A stretch of 64,000 nt of DNA from Heptranchias perlo (lineage: Eukaryota): assembly GCF_035084215.1 (NCBI RefSeq), contig NC_090338.1:9362001-9426000 (forward strand), written 5' to 3'. Positions 10,791-23,708 of the stretch are shown here, one piece after another. The position numbers were made by a program, and so were the translations under genes. The first letter of the stretch is position 1. Every line of letters starts with the position of its first letter. The notes beneath the pieces were generated by a model. It was not told the DNA's origin. It worked only from the letters and a program-made list of their open reading frames with translations, and made no database searches.

Positions 10791-13256
10791 ATGCGATGTT
10801 ATAAAATATTTTGGGTGTTAAAATGGCAGCTGCTGTATTTTGCATTTCCCTTTTGGGACTTAGTTTCTGGGCAAATTTATTATTCGATTCCAGAAGAGCT
10901 GCAACCGGGTTCCTTTGTTGGAAATATCGCGGACGATTTGGGTTTAGATGTAAAGCAGCTCTCGGCTCGCAGTTTTCGGATTGTGTCTGGTGCCAGGAAA
11001 CAGTATTTGGACATAAATCAAGGCAGTGGGATTTTGTTTGTGAAAGAAAGAATCGACAGAGAACAGCTCTGTGAGTCAAGCCCCACGTGTGTGTTATCTT
11101 TAGAGGCCGTGATTGAAAGTCCCCTGAATTTGTACCATGTTGAAGTGCAAATTCTGGATGTAAACGACAATGCTCCCAGTTTCCCAAAGGCCCCGTTCCG
11201 CCTTGAAATCGTGGAGGTTGCTGCGCCGGGAGCGCGCTTCCAGCTCGAGTCCGCGCACGACCCAGACGTCGGGACCAACTCCCTTCAAACTTATGAGCTC
11301 ATTCCGAACGATTATTTCATTCTCGACGTGCAGACACGCATCGAAGAAGGCCAAATTCCGTTCTTAATGCTGGAAAAGCCTCTGGACAGAGAAGATCTAT
11401 TGACCCATCAGCTATTGCTAATTGCCAAGGACGGGGGGGTCCCTCCGAGGTCCAGTACAGCTCAAATAATAATCCTAGTAGGGGATGCCAACGACAACCC
11501 ACCTGTGTTTCCCCAGTCACTTTATAGGGTCAGCCTATTAGAAAATGTACCGAAAGGAACCTTGGTAATCAAACTAAATGCCACTGATTTAGATGATGGT
11601 CCCAACGGAGAGATAGTATACTCGTTTAACAGTCTTGCTTCTGTTAGAGCCCGTGAACTGTTTGACGTGGATTCCAGGACTGGTGACATCAGGGTTAAAG
11701 GCAATCTGGACTATGAAGAAAGCAGCTTATTTAAGATCAAAGTGCAAGCAATGGACAAGGGCCCTTATGCAACACCCGCGTACTGCGATGTGTTGGTGAA
11801 AATTATTGATGTAAACGATCACGCGCCTGAAGTGACACTGACTTCTTTGTCCAGTTCAATTGGCGAGGACGCTCCCGCTGGGACTGCGGTGGCGCTGATC
11901 AGTGCTGCAGACCAAGATGATGGAGAAAGTGGACAGGTGAGATGTCATATACCAAATAACCTCCCTTTCAAATTAGATTCTTCCATGAAGAACTATTATA
12001 GATTGCTTACTGAGCAGCAACTGGACCGCGAAAGTATCGCGAAATACGACATCACTATCACATGCAGTGATGCAGGAGACCCTCCTTTGGTATCCAAGAA
12101 AACTATCCAGGTGGAGATTTCAGATATAAATGACAACGCACCAAGGTTCATGAAGCCGCTGTATACTGTTCACGTTATGGAGAACAACGCTATTGGGTCT
12201 TCTATATCCTCAATGACAGCCGTGGACTCAGATTTAAATAAAAACGGTCGGCTGTTATATTCTGTCCTGGAGACTCAAATCCAGGGAGCCTCAGTAACCA
12301 CTTACGTCTCTATTAACTCAGAGAGTGGTGCCATATTTACTCGGAGATCTTTTGACTACGAGGAATTGAAAAACTTTCAGATCCAAGTTCAGGCCCAGGA
12401 CTCTGGAGTCCCACCACTCACCGCAAACGTTACGGTAGATATTACTATCCTTGATCAGAACGACAACGCCCCCGTGATCGTGCACCCATTGCCCGAGTTC
12501 GGCTCAACCGTATTAGAAACAATATCCCGGTCCGCAGAACCAGGCTATCTGGTTGCCAAGGTGTCGGCCATTGATGCTGACTCAGGAAAGAATGCTCGTC
12601 TTTCTTATCAAATTATCCAGGCTACTGACCCAGGTATTTTCACTGTTTCTCCAGATACAGGGGAAATCTGGACAATACGTAGTTTTGGGGGCAAAGATAC
12701 CATTAAACAAAGATTGGTTATTTTGGTAAAAGACAATGGAACACCATCACTTTCTGTTACAATGACCATCATCCTGTCAGTGATGGAGGCCGATACGGAA
12801 ATGCACTCTGATGCGAGCAATTTATCTGAAGATCCCAAGTTTGCTTCCGATACGAGCTTTTTCTTAGTCATCTCTTTAGGGGCAATATCTACCATTTTCT
12901 TCGTGGTTTTAATTATCCTCTCTGTTAAAGTGCACAAGAACAGGAATGGGTTTGGTGATCGTAACTGTGTCCTGGGCGCTTGCCGTTGCTTTGAGGCAAG
13001 AAATTCATTGAATGGAACTCAAAAAGCCAGTCGAAATCTTCAGATACTTCCGAACTATGTTGAAGTGTTTGGGGGTGATCCACTTTCGCAAAGTTTCCGC
13101 TACGAGACGAGTTCGACTTTAGATTCGACCAAGAGAGACTTCATGTTTCCCAAGTCGTGTCATTCATCTGGAGCCAAGCTTAATGTCAGAACTGAAACGA
13201 TGGGCAATGAAGACCATTCTAGGACGTCCAATCCTGCAAATATTGTAAATAGCGAG
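10791..13256 (+). CDS. Clustered protocadherin variable exon V2; unspliced frame runs to 13394
   Basis: 877-aa ORF with 6 cadherin repeats, TM and NYVEVFGGDPLSQSFRY motif; ATG 10791 (MRCYKIFW); donor GAG|GTGAGC. Confidence 0.93.
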
Positions 13257-13754
13257 GTGAGCCATACGGGACATAAATACAAATTAGAATTCTCAATTTT
13301 CTGCATTATTTCAATTAACAAACATGTCCCTTCAGTAGAGACCGGAAAACATTATGGTTTACCGCAGGTTACATACATATCGTTTTGCACTTAAACAGTC
13401 GGGATCACAGCCAGTCCCATAAAATCTCATGTTCGTACAATCCAGTTGCATTGCGCTCCTCCGTTCCGCTTGAAAATAAATATGTTGCAAAAAAAATTTG
13501 AAATGCCAGGTATGTCGTCCTCTCAGAAATGGCAACTCAGAATTCGCTAAATACCAAGCAATAGTTATTTTACCCCCTTCGCGTCGACCTCGGTGTAAAA
13601 TGTTGTACTAGAATCAACATTTGCCTGGACAAAAATGCAGACTAAATTCCCTAAAACTGGAGTTCATCTGAAATAATTAGCACTTTAATCAGCAGCCATT
13701 ATCACTACTAGTGCAGTAAAGGCTATTCTCCTGAGATTTACACTGATTTTGATA

Positions 13755-14822
13755 ATTACGGACTTGGTTAGGAAGTTCGCTGAGCGAAAGGCGACAGAGA
13801 GTAGGAATAATGGGTAGGTATTCAAATTGGCAGGGTGTGACTAGTGGAGTCCCGCAGGGGCCTCAATTATTAACAATATTTATTAACAACTTAGATGAAG
13901 GCATAGAAAGTCTCATATCTACGTTTGCCGACGACACAAAGATTGGTAGCATTGTAAGCAGTGTACATGAAAACATAAAATTACAAAGGGATATTGATAG
14001 ATTAGGTGAATGAGCAAAACTGGCAAATGGAGTTCGATTTGGGCAAATGTGAGGTCATCCACTTTGGACCAAAAAAAGGATAGAACAGGGTACTTTCTAA
14101 ATGATAAAAAGTTAAAAATAGTGCATATCCAAAGGGACTTAGGGGTTCAGGTTCATAGACCATTAAAGTGTCATGAACAGGTGCAGAAAATAATCAATAA
14201 GGCTAATGGAATGCTGGCCTTTATATCTAGAGGACTAAAGTACAAGGGGGGAGAGGTTATGCTACAGCTATATCAAACCCTGGTTAGACCGCACCTGGAG
14301 TACTGTGAGCAGTTCTGGGCACTTCACCTTCAGAAGGACATATTGGCCTCGGAGGAAGTGCAGCGTAGGTATACGAGAATGATACCCGGACTTCAAGGGT
14401 TAAGTTACGAGGAGAGATTACACAAATTGAGGTTGTATTCTCTAGAGTTTAGAAGGTTAAGGGGTGATCTGATTGAAGTTTATAAGATATAAGGGGAACA
14501 GATAGGGTGGATAGAGAGAAACTGTTTCCGCTGGTTATGGATTCTAGGAGTAGGGGGCACAGTCTAAAAATTAGAACCAGACCTTTCAGGAGTGAGATTA
14601 GAAAACACTTCTACACACAAAGGGTGGTAGAAGTTTGGAACTCTCTTCCGCAAACAGCAATTGATGCTCGCTCAATTGCTAATTTTAAATGTGAGATAGA
14701 TAGCTTTTTAGCAACCAAAGGTATTAAGGGATATGGGCCACAGGCAGTATATGGAGTTAGATCACAGATCAGCCATGATCTTATCAAATGGCGGAGCGGG
14801 ATCGAGGGGCTGAATGGCCTAC
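13755..14822 (+). mobile_element. CR1-type LINE 3' fragment; its tail resumes at 17962-17993 after a nested insertion
   Basis: ORFs 13810-14899 (SGVPQG, FADDTK, RPHLEYC); tail split as gaatggcctac / tactcctgttccgatgttcctatt. Confidence 0.88.
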
Positions 14823-17800
14823 ATTTTTTTTATTCGTTCTTGGGATGTGGGCGTCGCTGGCAAGGGCGACATTTATTGCCCATCACTAATTGCCCTTGAG
14901 AAGGTGGTGGTGAGCCGCCTTCTTGAACCGCTGCAGTCCGTGTGGTGAAGGTTCTCCCACAGTGCTGTTAGGAAAGGAGTTCCTGGATTTTGACCCCCGA
15001 CGATGAAGGAACGGCGATATATTTCCAATTTGGGATGGCGTGTGACTTGGAGGGGAATGTGCAGGTGGTGTTGTTCCCATGTACCTGCTGCTCTTGTCCT
15101 TCTAGGTGGTAGAGGTCGCGGGTTTGGGAGGTGCTGTCAAAGAAGCCTTGGCGAGTTGCTGCAGTGCATCTTGTGGATGGTACACACTGCAGCCACTGTG
15201 CACCGATGGTGAAGGGAGTGAATGTTTAGGGTGGGAGATGGGGTGCCAATCAAGCAGGCTGCTTTGTCATGGATGGTGTCGAGCTTCTTGAGTGTTGTTG
15301 GAGCTGCATTCATCCAGGCAAGTGGAGAGTATTCAATCACACTCATGACTTGTGCCTTGTAGATGGAGGAAAGGCTTTGGGGAGTCAGGAGGTGAGTCAC
15401 TCGCCGCAGAATACCCAGCCTCTGACCTGCTCTTGTAGCCACAATATTTATATGGCTGGTCCAGTTAGGTTTTTGGTCAATTGTGAGCCCCAGGATGTTG
15501 ATGGTGGGGGATTCGGCGATGGTAATGCCGTGGAATGTCAAGGGGAGGTGGTTAGACTCTCTTTTGTTGGAGATGGTCATTGCCTGGCACTTGTCTGGTG
15601 CGAATGTTACTTGCCACTTATGAGCCCAAGCCTGGATGTTGTCCACATCTTACTGCATGCAGGCTCGGACTGCTTCATTATCTGAGGGGTTGCGAATGGA
15701 ACTGAACACTGTGCAATCATGTGCGACCGTGCCCATTTCTGACCTTATGATGGAGGGAAGGTCATTGATGAAGCAGCTGAAAATGGTTGGGCCTAGGACA
15801 CTGCTGTGAGGAACTCCTGCAACAATGTCCTGGGGCTGAGATGATTGGCCTCCAACAACCACTACCATCTTCCTTTGTGCTAGGTATTACTCCAGCCACT
15901 GGAGAGTTTTCCCCCTGATTCCCATTTATTTCAATTTTACTAGGGCTCCTTGGTGCCACACTCGGTCAAATGCTGCATTGATGTCAAGGGCAGTCACTCT
16001 CACCTCACCTCTGGAATTCAGCTCTTTTGTCCATGTTTGGACCAAGGCTGTAATGAGGTCTGGAGCTGAGTGGTCCTGGCAGAACCCAAACTGAGCATCA
16101 GTGAGCAGGTTATTGGTGAGTAAGTGCCACTTGATAGCACTGTCGACGACACCTTCCATCACTTTGCTGATGATTGAGAGTGGACTGATGGGGTGGTAAT
16201 TGGCCAGATTGGATTTATCCTGCTTTTTGTGGATAGGACATACCTGGGCAATTTCCACATTGTCGGGGAGATGCCAGTGTTGTAGCTGTACTGGAACAGC
16301 TTGGCTAGAGGCGCAACTAGTTCTGGAGCACAAGTCTTCAGCACTGCAGCCGAGATGTTGTCGGGGCCCATAGCCTTTGCTGTATCCAGTGCACTCAGCC
16401 GTTTCTTGATATCACGTGGAGTGAATCGAATTGGCTGAAGATTGGCTTCTGTGATGGTGGGGCTATCGGGAGGAGGCCGAGATGGATCATCCACTCGGCA
16501 CTTCTGTCTTTTGCACTCACATGCTGCACTCTGCCGTCATTGAGTATGGCGATGTTCACAGACCCTCCTCCTACCAAGAGTTGTTTCATTGTCCACCATC
16601 ATTCACGACTGAATGTGGCAAGACTGCAGAGCTTTGATCTGATCCGTTGGTTGTGGAATCGCTTAGCTCTGTCTAGAGCATGTTGCTTCCGCTGTTTAGC
16701 ATGCATGAAGTGCTGAGTTGTAGCTTCACCAGGTTGGCACCTCATTTTTAGGTATGCCTGGTGCCGCTCCTGGCATGCTCTTCTACACTCCTATTGATCC
16801 AGGGTTGATCCCCTGGCTTGTCAGTCATGGTAGATTGAGGAATACGCCGGGCCATGAGGATACAGATTGTGCTGGAATACAATTCTGCTGCTGCTGATGG
16901 CCCACAGCGCCTCATGGATGCCCTGTTTTGTGCTGCTAGATCTGTTCTGAATGTATCCCATTTCGCACGGTGGTAGTGGCACACAACACGTTGGATGGTG
17001 TCCTCAGTGCGAAGAAGGGACTTCATCTCCATGAGGATTGTGCGGTGGTCACTCCTACCAATACTGTCATGGACAGATGCATTTGCGACAGGTAGGTTGG
17101 TGAGGACGAGGTCAAGTAAGTTTTTCCCTCGTGTTAGTTCACTCACCATCTGCCACAGGCCCAGTCTGGCAGCTATGTCCTTCAGAACTCCGCCAACTCA
17201 GTCAGTAGTGGTGCTACCGAGCCACTCTTGGTGATGGTCTTTGAAGTCCCCCACCCAGTGTACATTCTGTGCCCTTGCTACCCTCAGTGCTTCCTCCAAG
17301 TGGTGTTCAATATGGAGGAGGACTGATTCTTCAGCTGCTGGAGGGCGGTAGGTGGTAATCAGCAGGAGGTTTCCTTGCCCATGTTTGACCTGATGCCATG
17401 AGATTTCATGGGGTTCAGAGTCAATGTTGAGGACTCCCAGGGCCACTCCCTCCTGACTGTATATCACTGTACCGCCACCTATGGTGGGTCTGTCCTGCCG
17501 GTGGGTCAGGACATACCCAGGGATGGTGATGGAAGAGTCTGGGACATTGGCTGAAAGGTATGATTCTGTGAGTATGGCTATGTCAGGCTGTTGCTTGACT
17601 AGTCTGTGGGACAGCTCTCCCAATTTTGGCACAAGTCCCCAGATGTTAGTGAGGAGGACTTTGCAGGGTCGACTGGGCTTGGTTTGCCTTTGTCGTGTCC
17701 GGTGCCTATTGGTCCGATACCGGGTGGTCCGTCAGGTTTTATTCTTATTGTGACTTTTTTAGCGAGATTTTACAACTGAGTGGCTTGCTAGGCTATTTCA

Positions 17801-17961
17801 GAGGGCAATTAAGAATCAATCACATTGCTGTTGGTCTGGAGTCACATATAGGCCAGACCGGGTAAGGACGGCAGGTTTCCTTCCCTGAAGGACATTAGTG
17901 AACCAGATGGGTTTTTACGACAATCCGGTAGTTTCATGGCCACCATTACTGATACTACTGG
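14823..17961 (-). mobile_element. Second LINE family (CR1/L2 superfamily), near-complete APE-endonuclease + RT ORF, frameshifted
   Basis: Minus ORFs: endonuclease (QPDIAILTESYL..GGGTVIY..GDF, LDLVLTN..SDH), RT (KAMGPDNI, QFGF, ALDINAAFDRVWH, GVP.SSVLGP, FINDLP); A-rich 3' end at ~14823. Confidence 0.88.
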
Positions 17962-18715
17962 TACTCCTGTTCCGATGTTCCTATTTTCCTATTTTTATTG
18001 CAACTGCTAGTTTTAAATCATGATGTTTATCGTATGCATTCCAGCCAGACTATGCCTGATTGGAGAAAGGATTCTTACTCCCAGAGCAGAGCTCTGCCCA
18101 TAGATGGCAAAACTCCTCTCCCAGTATTTAAACTGTAATTGCTTAGAGAGTACGGGTGACAGTTTCCGTACTTTCTAACCATTTAAATTAACTTTAGTGT
18201 GCAGGAAATCCTTGTGCATTCGGCTCCGGATTTATACTAACACTTTGGTGTCAGACCCAGGAAGAATCCTTCCCGCTTGAGAAAGCGCAAAAAGTTACAT
18301 TGCTTGGTCAGTTGTGAAAGCAGCTTAGTCTGGATGCGGTATATTTGATCTGGGAGGAGCTGGTAATGCTGTTTGGTCGCTCTGTACTAATCACACAACA
18401 AAGCTTAAAAAAACAAATAGGTACCGTGAATAAAGTCAAAGTGCATTAGATATATTTATAACTGGACTACAAAAGAGCATTTCGTGATTCAGCTAAATCC
18501 AATTTTGTCTCATGATTCATTAATAGCATTTTTTTTTCTTAGGTCTTTGTAGGATAAGTGCTCGTGAGGAGACTCATTGCAAAATAATCATAAAATATAA
18601 ATTAAACTAAAGAGTTGGGATATAAAGTTGTAGTATTTTTGAATGCACAACCCTGCAGTGGGTGCAACTGTATTTATGATTGTGAAACACTAAATATGAA
18701 TTTTACACAGTTGAA

Positions 18716-19127
18716 AAGAAAAATAAAGGCTTGCATTTATGTAGCACATTTCACGGCCGCAGGACAACACAACGCACTTGATAGCCAATTAAGTACTTTT
18801 TGGAGCGTAGGCACTGTTGTAAATTAGGAAACGTGGCAGCCAATTTACGCACAGCAAGGTCCCACAAACAGCAATGTGATAATTACGAGATGATCTGTTG
18901 TTTCGGTATTGGTTGAGGGATAAATGTAGGCCAAGACACGAGAAAAAAAATCCTCTACACTTCTTCGAATAGTGCCATGGGGTCATTTATGTCCACCAGA
19001 GAGGGCAGACGGGGCCTTGGTTTAACGTCTCATAGCAAAGGCTGGGAGGGTGCAGCACTCCCTCAGTACCGTAGTGGAGTGTCAGCTTACATTTTATGCT
19101 CAAATCTGTGGAGTGGGACTTGAACCA
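18716..19127 (-). mobile_element. Deu-domain SINE (SacSINE1/AmnSINE1-like)
   Basis: Minus strand reads ggttcaagtcccactccacagatttgagc..ctgacactcc..gtactgagggagtgctgcac..gagacgttaaacc..cattgctgtttgtgggaccttgctgtgcgtaaattggctgcc..ataaatgcaag; family recognised from memory of the consensus. Confidence 0.7.
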
Positions 19128-19139
19128 TCAAAAGTATTC

Positions 19140-19215
19140 CAGCTTTACGATATGAAATGAAAAGCCAATGAAAAGCTGAAATGTGACTGGAGATCTTGCC
19201 CCCTCCCTTTCCACC
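19140..19215 (+). promoter_or_regulatory. Internally deleted promoter cassette of pseudogene P2
   Basis: agctttacgatatg..aaagCCAATgaaaagctgaaatgtGACTGGAGATCT; ATTGG box and spacer deleted. Confidence 0.65.
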
Positions 19216-19809
19216 TGCCATCACGTACTATCAGACGCAGTGTAAATTATGATAGCGAGATGCGTAACTTCATAGCAGGTTCCTAATGCGCATCCGTTGA
19301 TGGTTTTAGAAGAAAATAGAAGATTATGTAAAACAATACAACGATTTTTAACCAGTACAATCATTATTTTTCAAAAATGTAGCTCCACATCCAGGGAAAA
19401 AAAATCCTATTGACTTTATTCCAATTAAGTTTTGGGCTGATGCTGTGTCGTGATAAAGCAATTTGAATATCTTACGCTTGAAGTTATATATTGTAAAACA
19501 TATTGCTTGTTTAAATGGGAATTAATTGTATTGTATGTTCCCCTTCTGGAATCTAGTTTCTGGGCAGATTCAGTATTGGATTCTTAAAGAACTGCAACTG
19601 GTTTTCTTTGTTGGGAATATCGCAGACGATTTGAATTTAGATGTAAAACAACTCCTAGCTCGGAATTTTGAGAGTGTGACCGGCTCCAGGAAGCAGTATT
19701 TGGACATAAATTTAGACAATTATGTGTGACTATGGATGATGTCGTTAAAGGAAAAAATTGACGGAGAAAAATATTTTGGGTGGAGCCGCGCTTTGGAGGC
19801 AGTGATTGG

Positions 19810-20370
19810 ATCACAGTGCAGAAGGAGGTCATTCGTCCCACCTTACCTGTTTCGGCTCTTTGAAAGAGCTATCAAATTAGTCTCACTCCCGTACTCTTTC
19901 CCTATGGCCCTGCAATTGTTTTCCTTTTCAAGTATTTATCCAATTCCCTTTTGAAAGCTACTATTGAATCTGCTTCCACCATCCTTTCAGGCAGTGAACT
20001 CCAGATCATAAACTCTCCTGATAAGAAAATACTCCTAATCTCCCCATTGGTTCTTTTGCCAATTACCTTAAATCGGTGTCCTCTCGTTACCGAACCTCCT
20101 GCCAAGGAAATACTGCAGTTAATCCTTATTTACTCTTTCAAAACCTCTCACAATGTTGAACACCTCTAATAAAATCCCCTTAACCTTCTTTGTTCTAAGG
20201 AGAACAATGCCAACATCGTTAGTCTCTCTACGTAACTGAAGTCCCCCATCCCTGGTATCATCCTGGTAGATCTCCTCTGTACCATCTCCAGGATCTTGGT
20301 GTCATTCCGAAAGTGTGGTTCCGAGAACTGGATACAATACTCCAGCTGAGGCATAACCAGTGATTTATAA
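19810..20370 (-). mobile_element. CR1-type LINE 3' fragment in P2
   Basis: Minus ORFs 19902-20105 and 20166-20495 (PQLEYCIQF, LEQRRLRG, TRGHRFKVIG). Confidence 0.85.
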
Positions 20371-21240
20371 AGGATTGAAAATCCCTTCAATCTATAAGGT
20401 TTTGCAGTGAAAATTCTAAATTCAAATGACAATGCACCAAGCTTCACAAAGAGCCAGTTACGTACGGAAATCTCCCAGTGCTCTGGTTGGTGCACGCATG
20501 ATCCAGACGTTGGAATCGTTGCTAACGATTACTTTACCCTAAGTATAGAGAAACCCATGGTGGATGGAAAGTTGCCAGTGTGAGTGTTGGAGAGGCCCCT
20601 GAACAGAGAAAAGCAAGCGACCCATAGGTCACTGGTAATTACTAAGGACAGAGGAGTGCCTGAAATTTCTGGAACTAGCATCATAGTGCACGACGTCAAC
20701 TCCAGAAGATGCTCTGTCGTGTACTATGATGTCTCTAATCAGCGCAACAGATAAATATTCCGGAGAAATTGGACAAGTACAATGTCGAATCGCAAATAAC
20801 TTTCCTTTCAAATTGGACTCCTCTTTGAAAGATTTTTATAGGCTGATCACCCAGAGGCAACTGGATCGTTAAAGTGTATCGAAGTACGATGTAATTACCT
20901 CAGGCAGTGATGCTGTAAAATGTCCTCTCACCTCATACAAAACCATCCAGATGGATGTATTTTGATATAAATGATAAAGGTACCACAGTTTACGCAGTTT
21001 TCATGAACATGCTACATGATAGGAAACAACATTATTAGGAACTCTATCCATCTCTGTGACAGATTTTGATACGGATTAAAGTCAGAATTGTCGGCTTTCT
21101 TAATCTATCCTCGACATCGAGGATCAGAACATGTCAGTGACCAATTATGTTTATATTAATTCGGAGAATGCCATCAAATTTTCTCAGAGATTGTTTGACT
21201 ATGAGCAGCTCAACAACTTCCAGATCCAAGTTTAGGCACA

Positions 21241-22354
21241 TAGGAACATAGGAATATAGGAACAGGGGTAGGCCTTTCAGCCCCTCGAGCCCACTCCGTC
21301 ATTTGATAAGATCATGGCTGATCTGTGATCCAACTCCATATACCTTCCTTTGGCCCATATCCATTAATTCCTTTGGTTGGCAAAACCTATCTATCTCACA
21401 TTTAAAATTAGCAATTGAACTAGCATCAATTGCCATTTGCGGAAGAGAGTTCCAAACTTCTACCATCCTTTGTGTGTAGAAGTGTTTTCTAATCTCACTC
21501 CTGAAAGGTCTGGCACTAATTTTTAGACTGTGCCCCCTACTCCTAGAATCCCCAACCAGCGGAAATAGTTTCTCTCCATCCACCCTATCCGTTCCCCTTA
21601 ATATCTTATAAAATTCGATCAGATCACCCCTTAACCTTCTAAACTCTAGACAATACAACCCCAATTTGTGTAATCTCTCCACGTAACTTAACCCTTGACG
21701 TCCGGGTATCATTCTAGTAAACCTATGCTGCACTCCCTCCAAGGCCAATATGTCTTTCCGATGGTGCAGTGCCCAGAAATGCTCACAGTACTCCAGGTGC
21801 GGTCTAACCAGGGTTTTGTATAGCTGCAACATAACTTCTGCCCCCTTGTACTCTGGTCCTCCAGATATGAAGGCCAGCATTCCATTAGATTTATTGATTA
21901 TTTTCTGCACCTGTTCATGACACTTCAATGATCTATTTGCCTGAACTCCTAAGTCCCTTTGGATATCCACTGCTTTTAACTTTTTACCATTTAGAAAGTA
22001 CCCTGTTCTATCCTTTTTTGATCCAAAGTGGATGACCTCACATTTGTCTACATTGAATTCCATTTGCCACAATTTTGCCCATTCACCTAATCTATCAATA
22101 ACCCTGTGTAATTTTATGTTTTCATCTACACTGCTTACAATGCCACCAATTTTTATGTCATCGGCAAACTTAGATATGAGACTTTCTATGCCTTCATCTA
22201 AGTCGTTAATAAATATTGTGAATAATTGAGGCCCCAAGACAGATCCCTGCGGGACTCCACTAGTCACATCCTGCTAATGTGATTACCGACCCATTATCCC
22301 TACTCTCTGTCACCTTTCGCTCAGTCACCTTCCTAACCAAGTCCGTACTTTTTC
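21241..22354 (-). mobile_element. CR1-type LINE 3' segment (left arm of inverted duplication)
   Basis: 322-aa ORF 21299-22267 (SGVPQGSVLGP..FADD..RPHLEYC); tail at 21241-21265. Confidence 0.9.
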
Positions 22355-23708
22355 CTATAATTAAGGATAGGGTGACTGAACACCTCGAGAATTTTCAGTT
22401 AATCAGAGAGAGCCAGCATGGATTTGTGAAAGGTAGGTCGTGCCTGACAAACCTGATTGAATTTTTTGAAGAGGTGACTAAAGTAGTGGGCAGGGGAATG
22501 TCAATGGATGTTATTTATATGGACTCCCAGAAGGCATTTGATAAGGTCCCACATAAGAGACTGTTAGCTAAGATAGAATCGAGGGAAAAGTATGGACTTG
22601 GTTAGGAAGTTGGCTGAGCGAAAGGCGACAGAGAGTAGGGATAATGGGAAGGTACTCACATTGGCAGGATATGACTAGTAGAGTCCCGCAGGGATCTGTC
22701 TTGGGGCCTCAATTATTCACAATATTTATTAACGACTTAGATGAAGGCATAGAAAGTCTCACATCTACATTTGCCGATGACACAAAGATTGGTGGCATTG
22801 TAAGCAGTGTAGATGAAAACATAAAATTACAAAGGGTTATTGATAGATTAGGTGAATGGGCACAATTGTGGCAAATGGAATTCAATATAGAGAAATGTGA
22901 GGTCATCCACTTTGGATCAAAAAAGGATAGAACAGGGTACTTTCTAAATGGTAAAAAGTTAAAAACAGTGGATGTCCAAAGGGACTTAGGGGTTCTGGTA
23001 CACAGATCATTGAAGTGTCACGAACAGGTGCAGAAAATAATCAAGGAGGCAAATGGAATGTTGGCCTTTATATCTAGAGGACTAGAGTACATGGGGCAGA
23101 AGTTATGCTCCAGCTATACAAAACCCTGGTTAGACCGCACCTGGAGTACTGTGAGCAGTTCTGGGCACCGCACCTTCGGAAGGACATATTGGCCTTGGAG
23201 GGAGTGCAGCGTAGGTTTACTAGAATGATACCATGACTTCAAGGGTTAAGTTACGAGGAGCGATTACACAAATTGGGGTTGTATTCTCTAGTGTTTCGAA
23301 GGTTAAGGGGTGATCTGATCGAAGTTTATAAGATATTAAGGGGAACGGATAGGGTGGATAGAGAGAAACTATTTCCGCTGGTTGGGGATTCTAGGAATAG
23401 GGAACACAGTCTAAAAATTAGAGCCAGACCTTTCAGGAGCGAGATTAGAAAACATTTCTACACACAAAGGGTGGTAGAAGTTTGGAACTCTTGTCTGCAA
23501 AAGGCAATTGATACTAGCTCAATTGCTAAATTTAAATCTGAGATAGATAACTTTTTGGCAACCAAAGGTATTAAGGGATATGGGCCAAAGGCGGGTATAT
23601 GGAGTTAGATCACAGATCAGCCATGATCTTATCAAATGGCGGAGCAGGCACGAGGGGCTGAATGGCCGACTCCTGTTCCTATGTTCCTATGTTTTCTATG
23701 TTTCCTAT
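22355..23708 (+). mobile_element. CR1-type LINE segment, inverted relative to its flanks (right arm)
   Basis: ORFs 22279-23608 (QHGFVKGRSCLTNL, KAFDKVPH, FADDTK); tail (cctatgtt)n at 23665-23708. Confidence 0.9.

Noticed and set aside
18097-18110. CCCATAGATGGCAA, a partial CTCF core match
   Set aside because: Single isolated partial match with no paralogous or positional support; expected by chance in 64 kb
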